The translations under genes and the position numbers were made by a program. From a virus (taxonomy: Duplodnaviria; Heunggongvirae; Uroviricota; Caudoviricetes), in the IMG/VR virus record IMGVR_UViG_2681813236_000014, positions 1-11,010 of that record: a stretch of DNA of 11,010 nucleotides; one strand, written 5' to 3'. The notes beneath the pieces were generated by a model that was not told the origin of the DNA, ran no database searches, and saw nothing but the letters and a program-made list of their open reading frames with translations. This document shows positions 1-7,003 of the stretch, piece by piece. The stretch's first letter is position 1; each line of letters starts with the position of its first letter.

Positions 1-37
1 GATAATAATTCTTAGTATTAATTCGGCAATCTGATTC

Positions 38-72
38 TACTCCCCCCCAGTACCTGATACTACCCCCCAGTA
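38..72. promoter_or_regulatory. Two RcnR operator sites in the rcnA-rcnR intergenic region (TACT-C7-AGTA at 38-52; TACT-A-C6-AGTA at 58-72)
   Basis: Seen directly: tactcccccccagta and tactaccccccagta. The reverse complement is the TACT-G6/7-AGTA motif known as the RcnR binding site; located immediately upstream of rcnR. Confidence 0.7.
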
Positions 73-120
73 GATTAATAGTGCTATGATTTTTCATATT
101 CTTGTTAACCAGGTGTTGCC

Positions 121-393
121 ATGTCTCATACAATCCGTGATAAACAGAAACTGAAAGCGCGTGCCAGTAAGATTCAGGGCCAGGTCGTGGCGCTCAAGAA
201 AATGCTCGACGAGCCGCACGAATGCGCTGCAGTTTTACAACAGATTGCTGCTATCCGTGGCGCGGTAAACGGTCTGATGCGGGAAGTGATTAAAGGTCAT
301 CTGACGGAACACATCGTTCACCAGGGGGATGAGCTAAAACGTGAAGAAGATCTGGATGTCGTTCTGAAGGTGCTGGATTCATATATCAAATAA
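121..393 (+). CDS. rcnR: RcnR, Ni/Co-responsive transcriptional repressor (RcnR/CsoR/FrmR family), 90 aa
   Basis: Translation [90 protein letters not shown] matches E. coli RcnR as I recall it; the operator motifs upstream are consistent. Confidence 0.92.
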
Positions 394-482
394 TTTATTA
401 ACGCGATTGTAAAACTGCCGTTTTTCCTCGTTTACAACGCGTGCGCTGGACATTACCATCCTCCTCTGCGATTTATCATCGC

Positions 483-534
483 AACCAAACGACTCGGGGT
501 GCCCTTCTGCGTGAAGGCTGAGAAATACCCGTAT
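483..534 (+). promoter_or_regulatory. 5' portion of the thiM TPP (THI-box) riboswitch, truncated by island insertion
   Basis: aaccaaacgactcggggtgcccttctgcgtgaaggctgagaaatacccgtat matches the start of the E. coli thiM leader/aptamer as recalled. The native continuation (CACCUGAUCUGGAUAAUGCCAGCG...) is absent; unrelated AT/GT-rich sequence follows from 535. Confidence 0.7.
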
Positions 535-535
535 T

Positions 536-722
536 TTCTCATTTAGTGTTTTTTGTGGTTCGGGGTTGCTTGTGGTTGTTTATGTATGTATTTGATAAAC
601 AATAAATTATCCTGTTTTCTTGTTTGTTGTTGTTCGTCGTTGTTCGTAGAGCTTCAACAAAATGTGTGGTCAGTTGTGTGGTCAGTTTTTTGAGGCTGGA
701 GGACTGAAAAGAGGATCTGATA
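536..722. repeat. att-proximal arm with short tandem direct repeats (TGTGTGGTCAGT x2 at 663-686; GTTGTTCGT x2 at ~628-646; TTGTGGTT x2 near 555-585)
   Basis: Seen directly. Lies between the insertion junction and the integrase start; this is the typical location of integrase arm-type or IHF sites and of the int promoter. Confidence 0.4.
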
Positions 723-1943
723 GTGGGAAAAGCACTAAACAAACTGAGCGATTCGACGTTAAAAAAATTGGCGGCTGTCCAGGCAGAAAAAGAGCGTTTT
801 TACTCCGACGGGGGCGGGCTGGAGATTAAACACTCAAAGGGCGGCAAATTAACCTGGTATTTCCGGTACCGAACGGGAGGCCGTGAGGTTGCCGCAGAGC
901 GGTTAAAGCTGGGGGCTTACCCTGAATTGTCGCTGAAAGCCGCAAGGGAAAAACGCACACTGTGCCGGGCATGGCTGGCTGAGGGTAAAAACCCCCGTTA
1001 TGAGTTGTGCGCCACAGTACAGGAAGCACTAAAACCCGTTACGGTGAAGGAAGCGATTAACTACTGGCTGGAGGAATACGCGAAGGATAACCGCAAAGAT
1101 TACATAAAGCTGGTGCAGCGTATGGATAAGCACATCATTTGCCATATTGGGGCAATTCCCCTTGATAAGTGTGATACAAGGCAGTGGATCGCATGTTTTG
1201 ACCGCGTACGAAAAAAAGCACCAGTAGCAGCGGGCCATGTCATGCAGACATGCAAACAGGCGCTAAAGTTTTGCCGCAGGCGGCGCTACGCGTTTAGCAA
1301 CGCCCTGGACGATTTGATCGTTACTGATGTGGGTAAGAGAGCAGAAATCCGCGAGAGAGTGCACAGCAACAGCGAACTAAAAGAAATTCTACGCGCTATT
1401 GATGGTGATGTGTTCGCTCCCTATTACAGTGCGTTAATGCGCTTGTTAATTGTGTTCGGGTGCAGAACGGCAGAGATCAGACTTTCAGAGATCAAAGAAT
1501 GGGACCTGAAAGAAATGTTGTGGACAGTGCCAAAAGAGCACAGCAAAACGAAGGTAACAATATTCCGACCTATTCCTGATGGTATTTTGCCGTTCATTCA
1601 GAAGCTGGTGGAGCAAAACGCACACACTGGGTTATTACTCGGCGAACTGAAAAAAGATACCACGGTGGCGCAATATGGACGAAATGCGCATAAGCGGCTT
1701 AAGCAGGAACACTGGACGCTGCATGATTTCCGACACACGTTTACAACTATGCTGAATGATTTAGGTGTCGATCCGCATATCGTGGAGCACATCACAGCGC
1801 ATCAGATGCCAGGTCAGCAAAAAACCTATAACCATTCACGCTATTTGCAGGCGAAACGGGACGCACTGAATCTATGGGTTGAGCGTCTTGATATGATTGC
1901 AGGATATAATGAAAATATTGTGATATTGAGAGGGATACAATGA
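723..1943 (+). CDS. int: Tyrosine recombinase, P4-type integrase (406 aa, GTG start)
   Basis: N-terminal arm-binding pattern (DGGGLEIKHSKGGKLTWYFRYR); catalytic-region motifs GCRTAEI, HDFRHT and a C-terminal Tyr (KTYNHS); RBS AAGAGGA 7 nt upstream; adjacent to the insertion junction. Confidence 0.9.
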   Translation: MGKALNKLSDSTLKKLAAVQAEKERFYSDGGGLEIKHSKGGKLTWYFRYRTGGREVAAERLKLGAYPELSLKAAREKRTLCRAWLAEGKNPRYELCATVQEALKPVTVKEAINYWLEEYAKDNRKDYIKLVQRMDKHIICHIGAIPLDKCDTRQWIACFDRVRKKAPVAAGHVMQTCKQALKFCRRRRYAFSNALDDLIVTDVGKRAEIRERVHSNSELKEILRAIDGDVFAPYYSALMRLLIVFGCRTAEIRLSEIKEWDLKEMLWTVPKEHSKTKVTIFRPIPDGILPFIQKLVEQNAHTGLLLGELKKDTTVAQYGRNAHKRLKQEHWTLHDFRHTFTTMLNDLGVDPHIVEHITAHQMPGQQKTYNHSRYLQAKRDALNLWVERLDMIAGYNENIVILRGIQ

Positions 1944-2794
1944 CGAAAAAAGTAAATAGTAAAAAAGATTTACCAAAGTCATTTGATTTAGGCAAATATG
2001 ATTGCCTAGAAAACTTGTCGGATAAAGATCTATTTCGCCAATTATATTGGCGACAAGATGATTTAACAATGAAACATTCTGAGATGCCTGAATATGGATT
2101 TATGTTTGGTGCTGAATACCCGTTGCATAATAATTACGGGGATCCATTTGGAGAGCTGAAAGAAGACGATTGGTTTTGTGATAAACAAAAAGAATATGAC
2201 CATAAAGTGCAACCGAAGTTAATTGAGCTAAGTTATGATGATGGAATTAAACCTGTAACAAGATTTGATATATCAATGATTAATAAACTGACTGCGGAAA
2301 GAGGATATTGGAAGGATAAACCAATCATCATAGATAATGAGATGGTTGGAAGTTTAATATCAGAAGATAATGGGATGTTTTGGGCTGTGATGCGTGAACC
2401 AGTGAATCTCCTTTCTGATACATTAGATAATATGCTTGTTTCTGTTGACTTACTACATAACAGAGATGATGAGTTGATTGAAGCGTTTACAAAACTATTA
2501 CCAAAATGGCGTAGTGAACTTTCAATTGTTGAGCCAGACAAACCAATTGCAGGAAGTTGGGAGAGCATACGACGTAAAATTATTGATTATAAGATAATCC
2601 CATTAATTGACTTATTATCTTGGGAGTTGTCTACAGATAGAAAAATTTCATTAGGGGTGCTTGCCGTATCTTTGTATCCTGATGGTGAAAAGGACACCTT
2701 TGCTATTGCTCAGACTGTAAAACCCTTCTTAGAAAAAATAATGCGCAGCGATTCTTTAGAAAAAATAAGAAAAATTTTATCTAATGAAAATTAA
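1940..2794 (+). CDS. Hypothetical protein, AT-rich cargo gene (284 aa), function unknown
   Basis: Long ORF with start overlapping the int stop (ATGA), RBS AGAGGGA. Markedly lower GC than flanking int and alpA. No motif I can assign. Confidence 0.7.
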   Translation: MTKKVNSKKDLPKSFDLGKYDCLENLSDKDLFRQLYWRQDDLTMKHSEMPEYGFMFGAEYPLHNNYGDPFGELKEDDWFCDKQKEYDHKVQPKLIELSYDDGIKPVTRFDISMINKLTAERGYWKDKPIIIDNEMVGSLISEDNGMFWAVMREPVNLLSDTLDNMLVSVDLLHNRDDELIEAFTKLLPKWRSELSIVEPDKPIAGSWESIRRKIIDYKIIPLIDLLSWELSTDRKISLGVLAVSLYPDGEKDTFAIAQTVKPFLEKIMRSDSLEKIRKILSNEN

Positions 2795-2897
2795 TCATGG
2801 AGAACGATAAATTAGAATAAAGTTTATTTTTCCAATATTGCACCAACTGCTATGGTAAATAAGATGCCCTTGTTCGGTTACGTTCGAGGGTGTTTTT

Positions 2898-3122
2898 ATG
2901 AATCAAAATACACAATTTCAATCACTAACAGATCGCGTAATTCGTGAGGATGAATGTCGTAAGTTAACAGGCGTCAGCCGTACTACACGCTACGAACTGG
3001 AGAAGAAAGGGGGCTTTCCGTCTCGCCGTAATCTTGGGGGGCGTTCTGTAGGCTGGTTGCTTTCCGAAGTTATGGACTGGGTGCAAAGCCGTGACCGCGT
3101 TAATTCAGGTAAGGCAGCGTAA
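2898..3122 (+). CDS. alpA: AlpA-family transcriptional regulator / excisionase-like (74 aa)
   Basis: HTH-containing small protein (LTGVSRTTRYELEKKGGFPSRRNLGGRSVGWLLSEVMDWVQS) typical of AlpA family; RBS GAGGG upstream; standard position after int in P4-like and PICI elements. Confidence 0.8.
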   Translation: MNQNTQFQSLTDRVIREDECRKLTGVSRTTRYELEKKGGFPSRRNLGGRSVGWLLSEVMDWVQSRDRVNSGKAA

Positions 3123-3140
3123 AGGGGAGCATATGACATA

Positions 3141-3168
3141 TAAAACAAAGGCGACCGGGGGCGGTCGC
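3141..3168 (-). terminator. Putative intrinsic terminator for the leftward regulator operon
   Basis: Perfect 8-bp GC-rich stem GGCGACCG/CGGTCGCC (3149-3156, 3161-3168) with 4-nt loop. On the minus strand it is followed by a U-rich run (complement of aaaacaaa, 3141-3148); no T-run on the plus strand. Confidence 0.5.
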
Positions 3169-3236
3169 CAATGGATACACACTAAACTTGAACGCATCGC
3201 CAACAATGCCACATTTGCGGCTGGTGGGCAATGTGA

Positions 3237-3416
3237 TCAGTCAGATTTGGTTCGTTCCAAGGTTTGCAACGAGAGCTTTTTCCTGTGCTCTTTAAGGAAT
3301 TTCTCAAGAGCAAACGAACAAGGTGCGAATCTTTCTGATTCATGTTCATGCGCTATATTTTTGCGTCGTCTCTTACGAGTTGGTGATGGTGTTTTGGTTG
3401 ATTCTGTGTCGCTCAT
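3237..3416 (-). CDS. Possible small basic protein (59 aa), below the ORF-track cutoff
   Basis: Manual translation of the minus strand gives MSDTESTKTPSPTRKRRRKNIAHEHESERFAPCSFALEKFLKEHRKKLSLQTLERTKSD with an AGGA RBS 6 nt upstream; sits between the RHH gene and the minus-strand terminator. Hand-derived, so coordinates could be off by a few nt. Confidence 0.3.
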   Translation of the reverse strand: MSDTESTKTPSPTRKRRRKNIAHEHESERFAPCSFALEKFLKEHRKKLSLQTLERTKSD

Positions 3417-3473
3417 GGTGCTGTCCTGTAAAGCAATGCGCCTGCGTTCCTCAAACTATGGCGCTGATAGTGG

Positions 3474-3779
3474 CTATTCCTGCTCTTTGACCTTGCGTCG
3501 CTGGAGTTCTTCACGCGCGACGGTGACGAGTTGCCCGATCTCCTCGGCGGCTTTGACTCCGATTTTTTCCACCTGCGCTAGGGCATCGAGCGAAGAAACC
3601 AGGAGGTTTTCTCCGCTTCCTTCTGCCTGGCGGCGGGCGATTTCACCGCGCATGGCGGTTACTATGAATCCGGCGTTGCTTTCACCGTCCAGTTTTACGG
3701 ATTCCATGCCTTCAATAACATCATGCGGGATCCGAGCTGTCAGTGATTGTGATTTTGCGTTTTTTGAACCTGTAGCCAT
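3474..3779 (-). CDS. Putative ribbon-helix-helix (CopG/Arc-like) DNA-binding regulator, 101 aa; candidate island repressor
   Basis: Strong RBS GAGAGGA 6 nt before the ATG at 3779 (the ORF-track start at 3794 is a TTG without RBS). N-terminus SLTARIPHDVIEGMESV fits a beta-strand/helix RHH pattern. Divergent from the pri operon across an operator-rich region. Confidence 0.6.
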   Translation of the reverse strand: MATGSKNAKSQSLTARIPHDVIEGMESVKLDGESNAGFIVTAMRGEIARRQAEGSGENLLVSSLDALAQVEKIGVKAAEEIGQLVTVAREELQRRKVKEQE

Positions 3780-3800
3780 CTGTAATCCTCTCAATGAAAG

Positions 3801-3877
3801 TGTAAGACAATATACACATAAAAAGTCTTACATAAAAGCATTGACATGTAAGCCACCTATAAATAAAGTTACTTACA
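3801..3877. promoter_or_regulatory. Divergent promoter/operator region: two TGTAAG-N19/20-CTTACA inverted-repeat operators plus rightward promoter (-35 TTGACA 3841-3846, -10 TAAAGT 3864-3869)
   Basis: Seen directly: TGTAAG at 3801-3806 and 3847-3852; CTTACA at 3827-3832 and 3872-3877. The second pair overlaps the promoter elements. Confidence 0.5.
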
Positions 3878-3975
3878 CCTTGTTAATGCAAGGTGCAGAA
3901 ACGACGAAACCCCGCACTGTAGGAGCAGTAACGGGGCTTCTAACCACCAACGATAGCAAGATTATCGAGGCAGCT

Positions 3976-4179
3976 ATGAGAAATCATACCATACACCCGC
4001 AAGGGCGGGACTCGTACAACCTGAATAAATACATCTGGCGTTTTATCGCCCTGAGCACCGCACAACCGCGCGTGATTCACATCGTGGCCACCAGCGAACA
4101 GGAAGCACGCCAGCAATCCCCGGCTGGCTGCGTGATGGTATTCGCCGCCCGTATTCGTCAGGGGGTGTGCCATGCCTGA
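3976..4179 (+). CDS. Small protein (67 aa), first gene of the rightward operon; possibly Icd-like cell-division-inhibitor family (weak recollection)
   Basis: First in-frame ATG after the promoter, RBS GAGG; MRNHTIHPQGRDSYNLNKYIWRFIALSTAQPRVIHIVATSEQEARQQSPAGCVMVFAARIRQGVCHA. The rest of the 362-aa ORF-track frame upstream is antisense to the RHH gene and not credible. Confidence 0.5.
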   Translation: MRNHTIHPQGRDSYNLNKYIWRFIALSTAQPRVIHIVATSEQEARQQSPAGCVMVFAARIRQGVCHA

Positions 4180-4492
4180 TATGTCAAATTACCAGTACCT
4201 GATTAATCCGCATTTTAACTGTGAGCATGATATTGCTAAAAAGATTTATTCCGCTGCGGATGGGGCTACTGACAATATATCAATGGCTGTTGCGTCAATT
4301 GGTAGCCTGATGTGGCATGCGTCAGAAAATGAGGACTATGACGAAAAGGCCATGCGCATTGATATGGGGAATATCGGTTTGTTACTGGCAATGCTTGGAC
4401 ATTTTGATATTTCGTTACGGTGCACCATTGAAAATGCCACAGATGCATTAAATGCTATAAAGAAAGCGAATACTGATTCAAATCGGGGATAA
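4172..4492 (+). CDS. Hypothetical protein (106 aa)
   Basis: Start overlaps the upstream stop (ATGCCTGA), RBS AGGGGG; in operon with the primase; no recognisable motif. Confidence 0.55.
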   Translation: MPDMSNYQYLINPHFNCEHDIAKKIYSAADGATDNISMAVASIGSLMWHASENEDYDEKAMRIDMGNIGLLLAMLGHFDISLRCTIENATDALNAIKKANTDSNRG

Positions 4493-4498
4493 ATAATC

Positions 4499-4798
4499 AT
4501 GAGAACGTATTTATCTGGCTTGACTGCCAGCGGTTATGCACACCCCCAAATTATCCCCGGCGCTATTTATCTGGATAAGAACGGTAACAGAGTAACGGTA
4601 AAAGAACTGATGTTTGACCGTGTGTATTTTATCCGTGATGGCTATTCATTTCTTAGTTCGCTGAACGTGGAGATCTTTATTAGCAGATTCAGGCGGGAAA
4701 TCCCGCTTTCCAGAAATAACCATGTGTCATGTATGGATGTTGATAAAAAACTACAGGAACTAAAAAACATGATTGCCGCGTGGAGAGAGCAGAAATGA
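4499..4798 (+). CDS. Hypothetical protein (99 aa)
   Basis: Stop overlaps the primase ATG at 4795 (ATGA), suggesting translational coupling; no recognisable motif. Confidence 0.55.
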   Translation: MRTYLSGLTASGYAHPQIIPGAIYLDKNGNRVTVKELMFDRVYFIRDGYSFLSSLNVEIFISRFRREIPLSRNNHVSCMDVDKKLQELKNMIAAWREQK

Positions 4799-6612
4799 AA
4801 AAAGCGCCAAATTTAAAACACCAGCCGCGTGACAAAATGACGGAAGTCATCATTTTTGCGGGTAGTGATGCGTGGGCACATGCGAAACAGTGGCAGGAAC
4901 AGGACGGGCGACTGGCTGGCGATAACGTGCCACCTGTCTGGCTTGGAGAGCAACAACTTGCCGAACTGGACAACCTGCAAATCGTACCGGACGGACGCTA
5001 TCGCGTGCGTCTCTATCAGGCGGGGTTATTGCGGCCGGGGCTTGTTAATACCATCGGGCAGAAACTGGCAGTGGCAGGTGTCAGGGATGCTGATTATTAC
5101 CCTGAAGGAATGCACAGCCAGAAACGGGAGAACTGGCGCGAATATCTGGAACGTGAACGGGCAGAGCAGGCGGAAAAGAAAAAGGTAGTTGAACTGCCTG
5201 TAAAGAAAAAAGAGCGGGTAAAAGACGATAACGCGTCATCACTGGCGCTTAACCAGATGGGAGCAAGTCAACGCGGCGAAGTTCTCCTGGCACATTATGG
5301 CGGTGAACTGGCGATTCATGCTGACTCTGACACTGTTCACCATTACAACGGCGTTGTATGGGAGCCAGTACAGGATAAAGAATTACAGCGAGCTATGGCA
5401 CAGATTTTCATTGATGCGGAGATCAGCTATTCGCAGAACGCCATTAAATCGGCGGTCGATACCATGAAGTTAAGTTTGCCTGTAATGGGGAATACAGCCC
5501 GTAACCTGATTGGATTCAGTAACGGGGTATTTGATACCAGAACAGGTAATTTTCGGGAGCATAACAAAAACGACTGGTTGTTAATTGCCAGTGAATTACC
5601 TTTCAGCCCACCAGCAGAGGGGGAAACGCTGGCAACACATGCGCCGAATTTCTGGAAGTGGTTACGCCGTTCGGTGGCTGAGAATGACCGCAAGGCGGAT
5701 CGCGTACTGGCTGCATTATTCATGGTGCTGGCGAACCGGTACGACTGGCAGTTATTCATTGAGGTAACAGGTCCAGGGGGAAGTGGTAAAAGCGTGATGG
5801 CGGAGATTTGCACCATGCTGGCGGGTAAGGCCAACACAGTATCGGCAAGCATGAAGGCGCTGGAAGATGCAAGGGAACGCGCGTTAGTGGTTGGCTTTTC
5901 GCTGATTATCATGCCGGATATGACCCGCTACGCTGGTGATGGGGCAGGGATTAAGGCTATTACAGGCGGTGACAAGGTGGCAATTGACCCGAAACACAAA
6001 GCCCCCTACTCAACGCGTATTCCGGCAGTAGTGCTGGCGGTTAACAATAACGCCATGTCATTCAGTGACCGCAGCGGGGGGATCTCACGTCGTCGGGTGA
6101 TATTCAATTTTTCGGAAGTTGTACCGGAGAACGAACGTGATCCAATGCTGGCGGAAAAAATAGAAGGTGAGCTGGCGGTAGTGATTCGCCATCTGCTTAC
6201 ACGGTTTGCTGACCAGGACGAAGCCAGACGCCTGTTATATGAGCAGCAGAAATCTGAAGAAGCACTGGCGATAAAGCGAGAGGGGGATTCGCTGGTGGAC
6301 TTCTGCGGCTATCTCATGGCGTCGGTAATGTGTGATGGCCTGTTAGTGGGTAATGCTGAAATTGTGCCATTCAGCCCACGCAGGTATCTCTATCATGCCT
6401 ATCTGGCTTATATGAGGGCACATGGGTTTGGTAAACCTGTAACACTGACGCGCTTCGGTAAAGATATGCCGGGGGCAATGGCGGAATATGGCAGGGAGTA
6501 TATGAAACGGAAAACGAAGCACGGTTTGCGTTCAAACGTGACACTGACGGAGGAATCAGAAGACTGGATGCCATCATGTGTATCGGTCACTAATGACGAT
6601 AGCAAAAATTAA
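4795..6612 (+). CDS. P4-family primase/helicase (replication initiator, pri-rep), ~605 aa
   Basis: Walker A GPGGSGKS (5769-5792) in the C-terminal helicase-like domain; large N-terminal domain; iteron origin immediately downstream. Start chosen at the ATG at 4795 (RBS GGAGAG, ATGA overlap) rather than the GTG at 4780. Confidence 0.88.
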   Translation: MKKAPNLKHQPRDKMTEVIIFAGSDAWAHAKQWQEQDGRLAGDNVPPVWLGEQQLAELDNLQIVPDGRYRVRLYQAGLLRPGLVNTIGQKLAVAGVRDADYYPEGMHSQKRENWREYLERERAEQAEKKKVVELPVKKKERVKDDNASSLALNQMGASQRGEVLLAHYGGELAIHADSDTVHHYNGVVWEPVQDKELQRAMAQIFIDAEISYSQNAIKSAVDTMKLSLPVMGNTARNLIGFSNGVFDTRTGNFREHNKNDWLLIASELPFSPPAEGETLATHAPNFWKWLRRSVAENDRKADRVLAALFMVLANRYDWQLFIEVTGPGGSGKSVMAEICTMLAGKANTVSASMKALEDARERALVVGFSLIIMPDMTRYAGDGAGIKAITGGDKVAIDPKHKAPYSTRIPAVVLAVNNNAMSFSDRSGGISRRRVIFNFSEVVPENERDPMLAEKIEGELAVVIRHLLTRFADQDEARRLLYEQQKSEEALAIKREGDSLVDFCGYLMASVMCDGLLVGNAEIVPFSPRRYLYHAYLAYMRAHGFGKPVTLTRFGKDMPGAMAEYGREYMKRKTKHGLRSNVTLTEESEDWMPSCVSVTNDDSKN

Positions 6613-6620
6613 ACTTATGG

Positions 6621-6850
6621 AATAACTGTTCACCACTGTTCACCCCGTCATAAATGTCTTTTATATCATTATATTATAGGGTGAACAGTTATTTATGAAC
6701 TGTTCACCAAACTATTCACTGTTCACCTTTTTGATTGTTTATTGAGCTGCAAGGGTGAACAGTGGTGAACAGTTGGTGAATAGTTTTTGTGAAACTGTTC
6801 ACCCCTTAACATTATGAATTGAAAGAGAAAATAGCAAAAGGTGAACACGT
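6621..6850. repeat. Iteron cluster / putative origin of replication
   Basis: About 10 copies of the 10-mer ACTGTTCACC in both orientations: direct at 6625, 6635, 6699, 6718, 6794; inverted GGTGAACAGT at 6680, 6754, 6764, plus degenerate copies at 6775 and 6840. An AT-rich stretch lies between them (6645-6679). Confidence 0.75.
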
Positions 6851-6955
6851 GAAGGGTTAAAATACAAAAATTTTATTACAGCATGGAATATTAAGTTTTA
6901 GCCGACAGGTAGTTAGCCATAAGAGGATATTTGTCGCTTAGTATTACGTACATAA

Positions 6956-6980
6956 CAGCAAACACTTTTCTGGTTTGCTG
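6956..6980 (-). terminator. Possible terminator hairpin downstream of the HEPN-like gene
   Basis: 8-bp stem CAGCAAAC/GTTTGCTG with 9-nt loop; flanking U-run on the minus strand is weak. Confidence 0.3.
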
Positions 6981-7003
6981 GATTAATAGATAAGCGCTAT
7001 AAG

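Noticed and set aside
394-722. tRNA gene as the integration target
   Set aside because: P4-type integrases usually target tRNA 3' ends, but no cloverleaf-like or CCA-bearing sequence is visible between rcnR and int; the junction falls in the thiM leader instead.
539-742. 67-aa minus-strand ORF in the att-proximal arm
   Set aside because: Lies in low-complexity repeat DNA, has no RBS, and overlaps the integrase start; most likely a chance ORF.
826-2568. Several 65-111-aa minus-strand ORFs inside int and the 284-aa gene
   Set aside because: All are antisense to long, well-supported plus-strand genes and lack RBSs; typical shadow ORFs.
3416-3474. RHH gene plus downstream small ORF as a toxin-antitoxin pair
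   Set aside because: The downstream 59-aa peptide is highly basic and does not resemble RelE/ParE-type toxins in size or composition; a regulator operon is the simpler reading.
3091-4179. 362-aa plus-strand ORF spanning the alpA end to the icd-like gene
   Set aside because: Most of it is antisense to the RHH gene, which has a strong RBS, and its translation is Ser/Cys/Arg-rich low-complexity. Only the last 67 codons (3976-4179), which have their own RBS and promoter, look like a real gene.
4856-6605. Short ORFs on both strands inside the primase gene
   Set aside because: Embedded in or antisense to the 600-aa primase frame containing the Walker A motif; no independent signals.
6621-6850. 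Possible CRISPR array
   Set aside because: Repeats are only 10 bp, occur in both orientations with irregular spacing, and sit directly after a primase gene; this is an iteron origin, not a CRISPR array.
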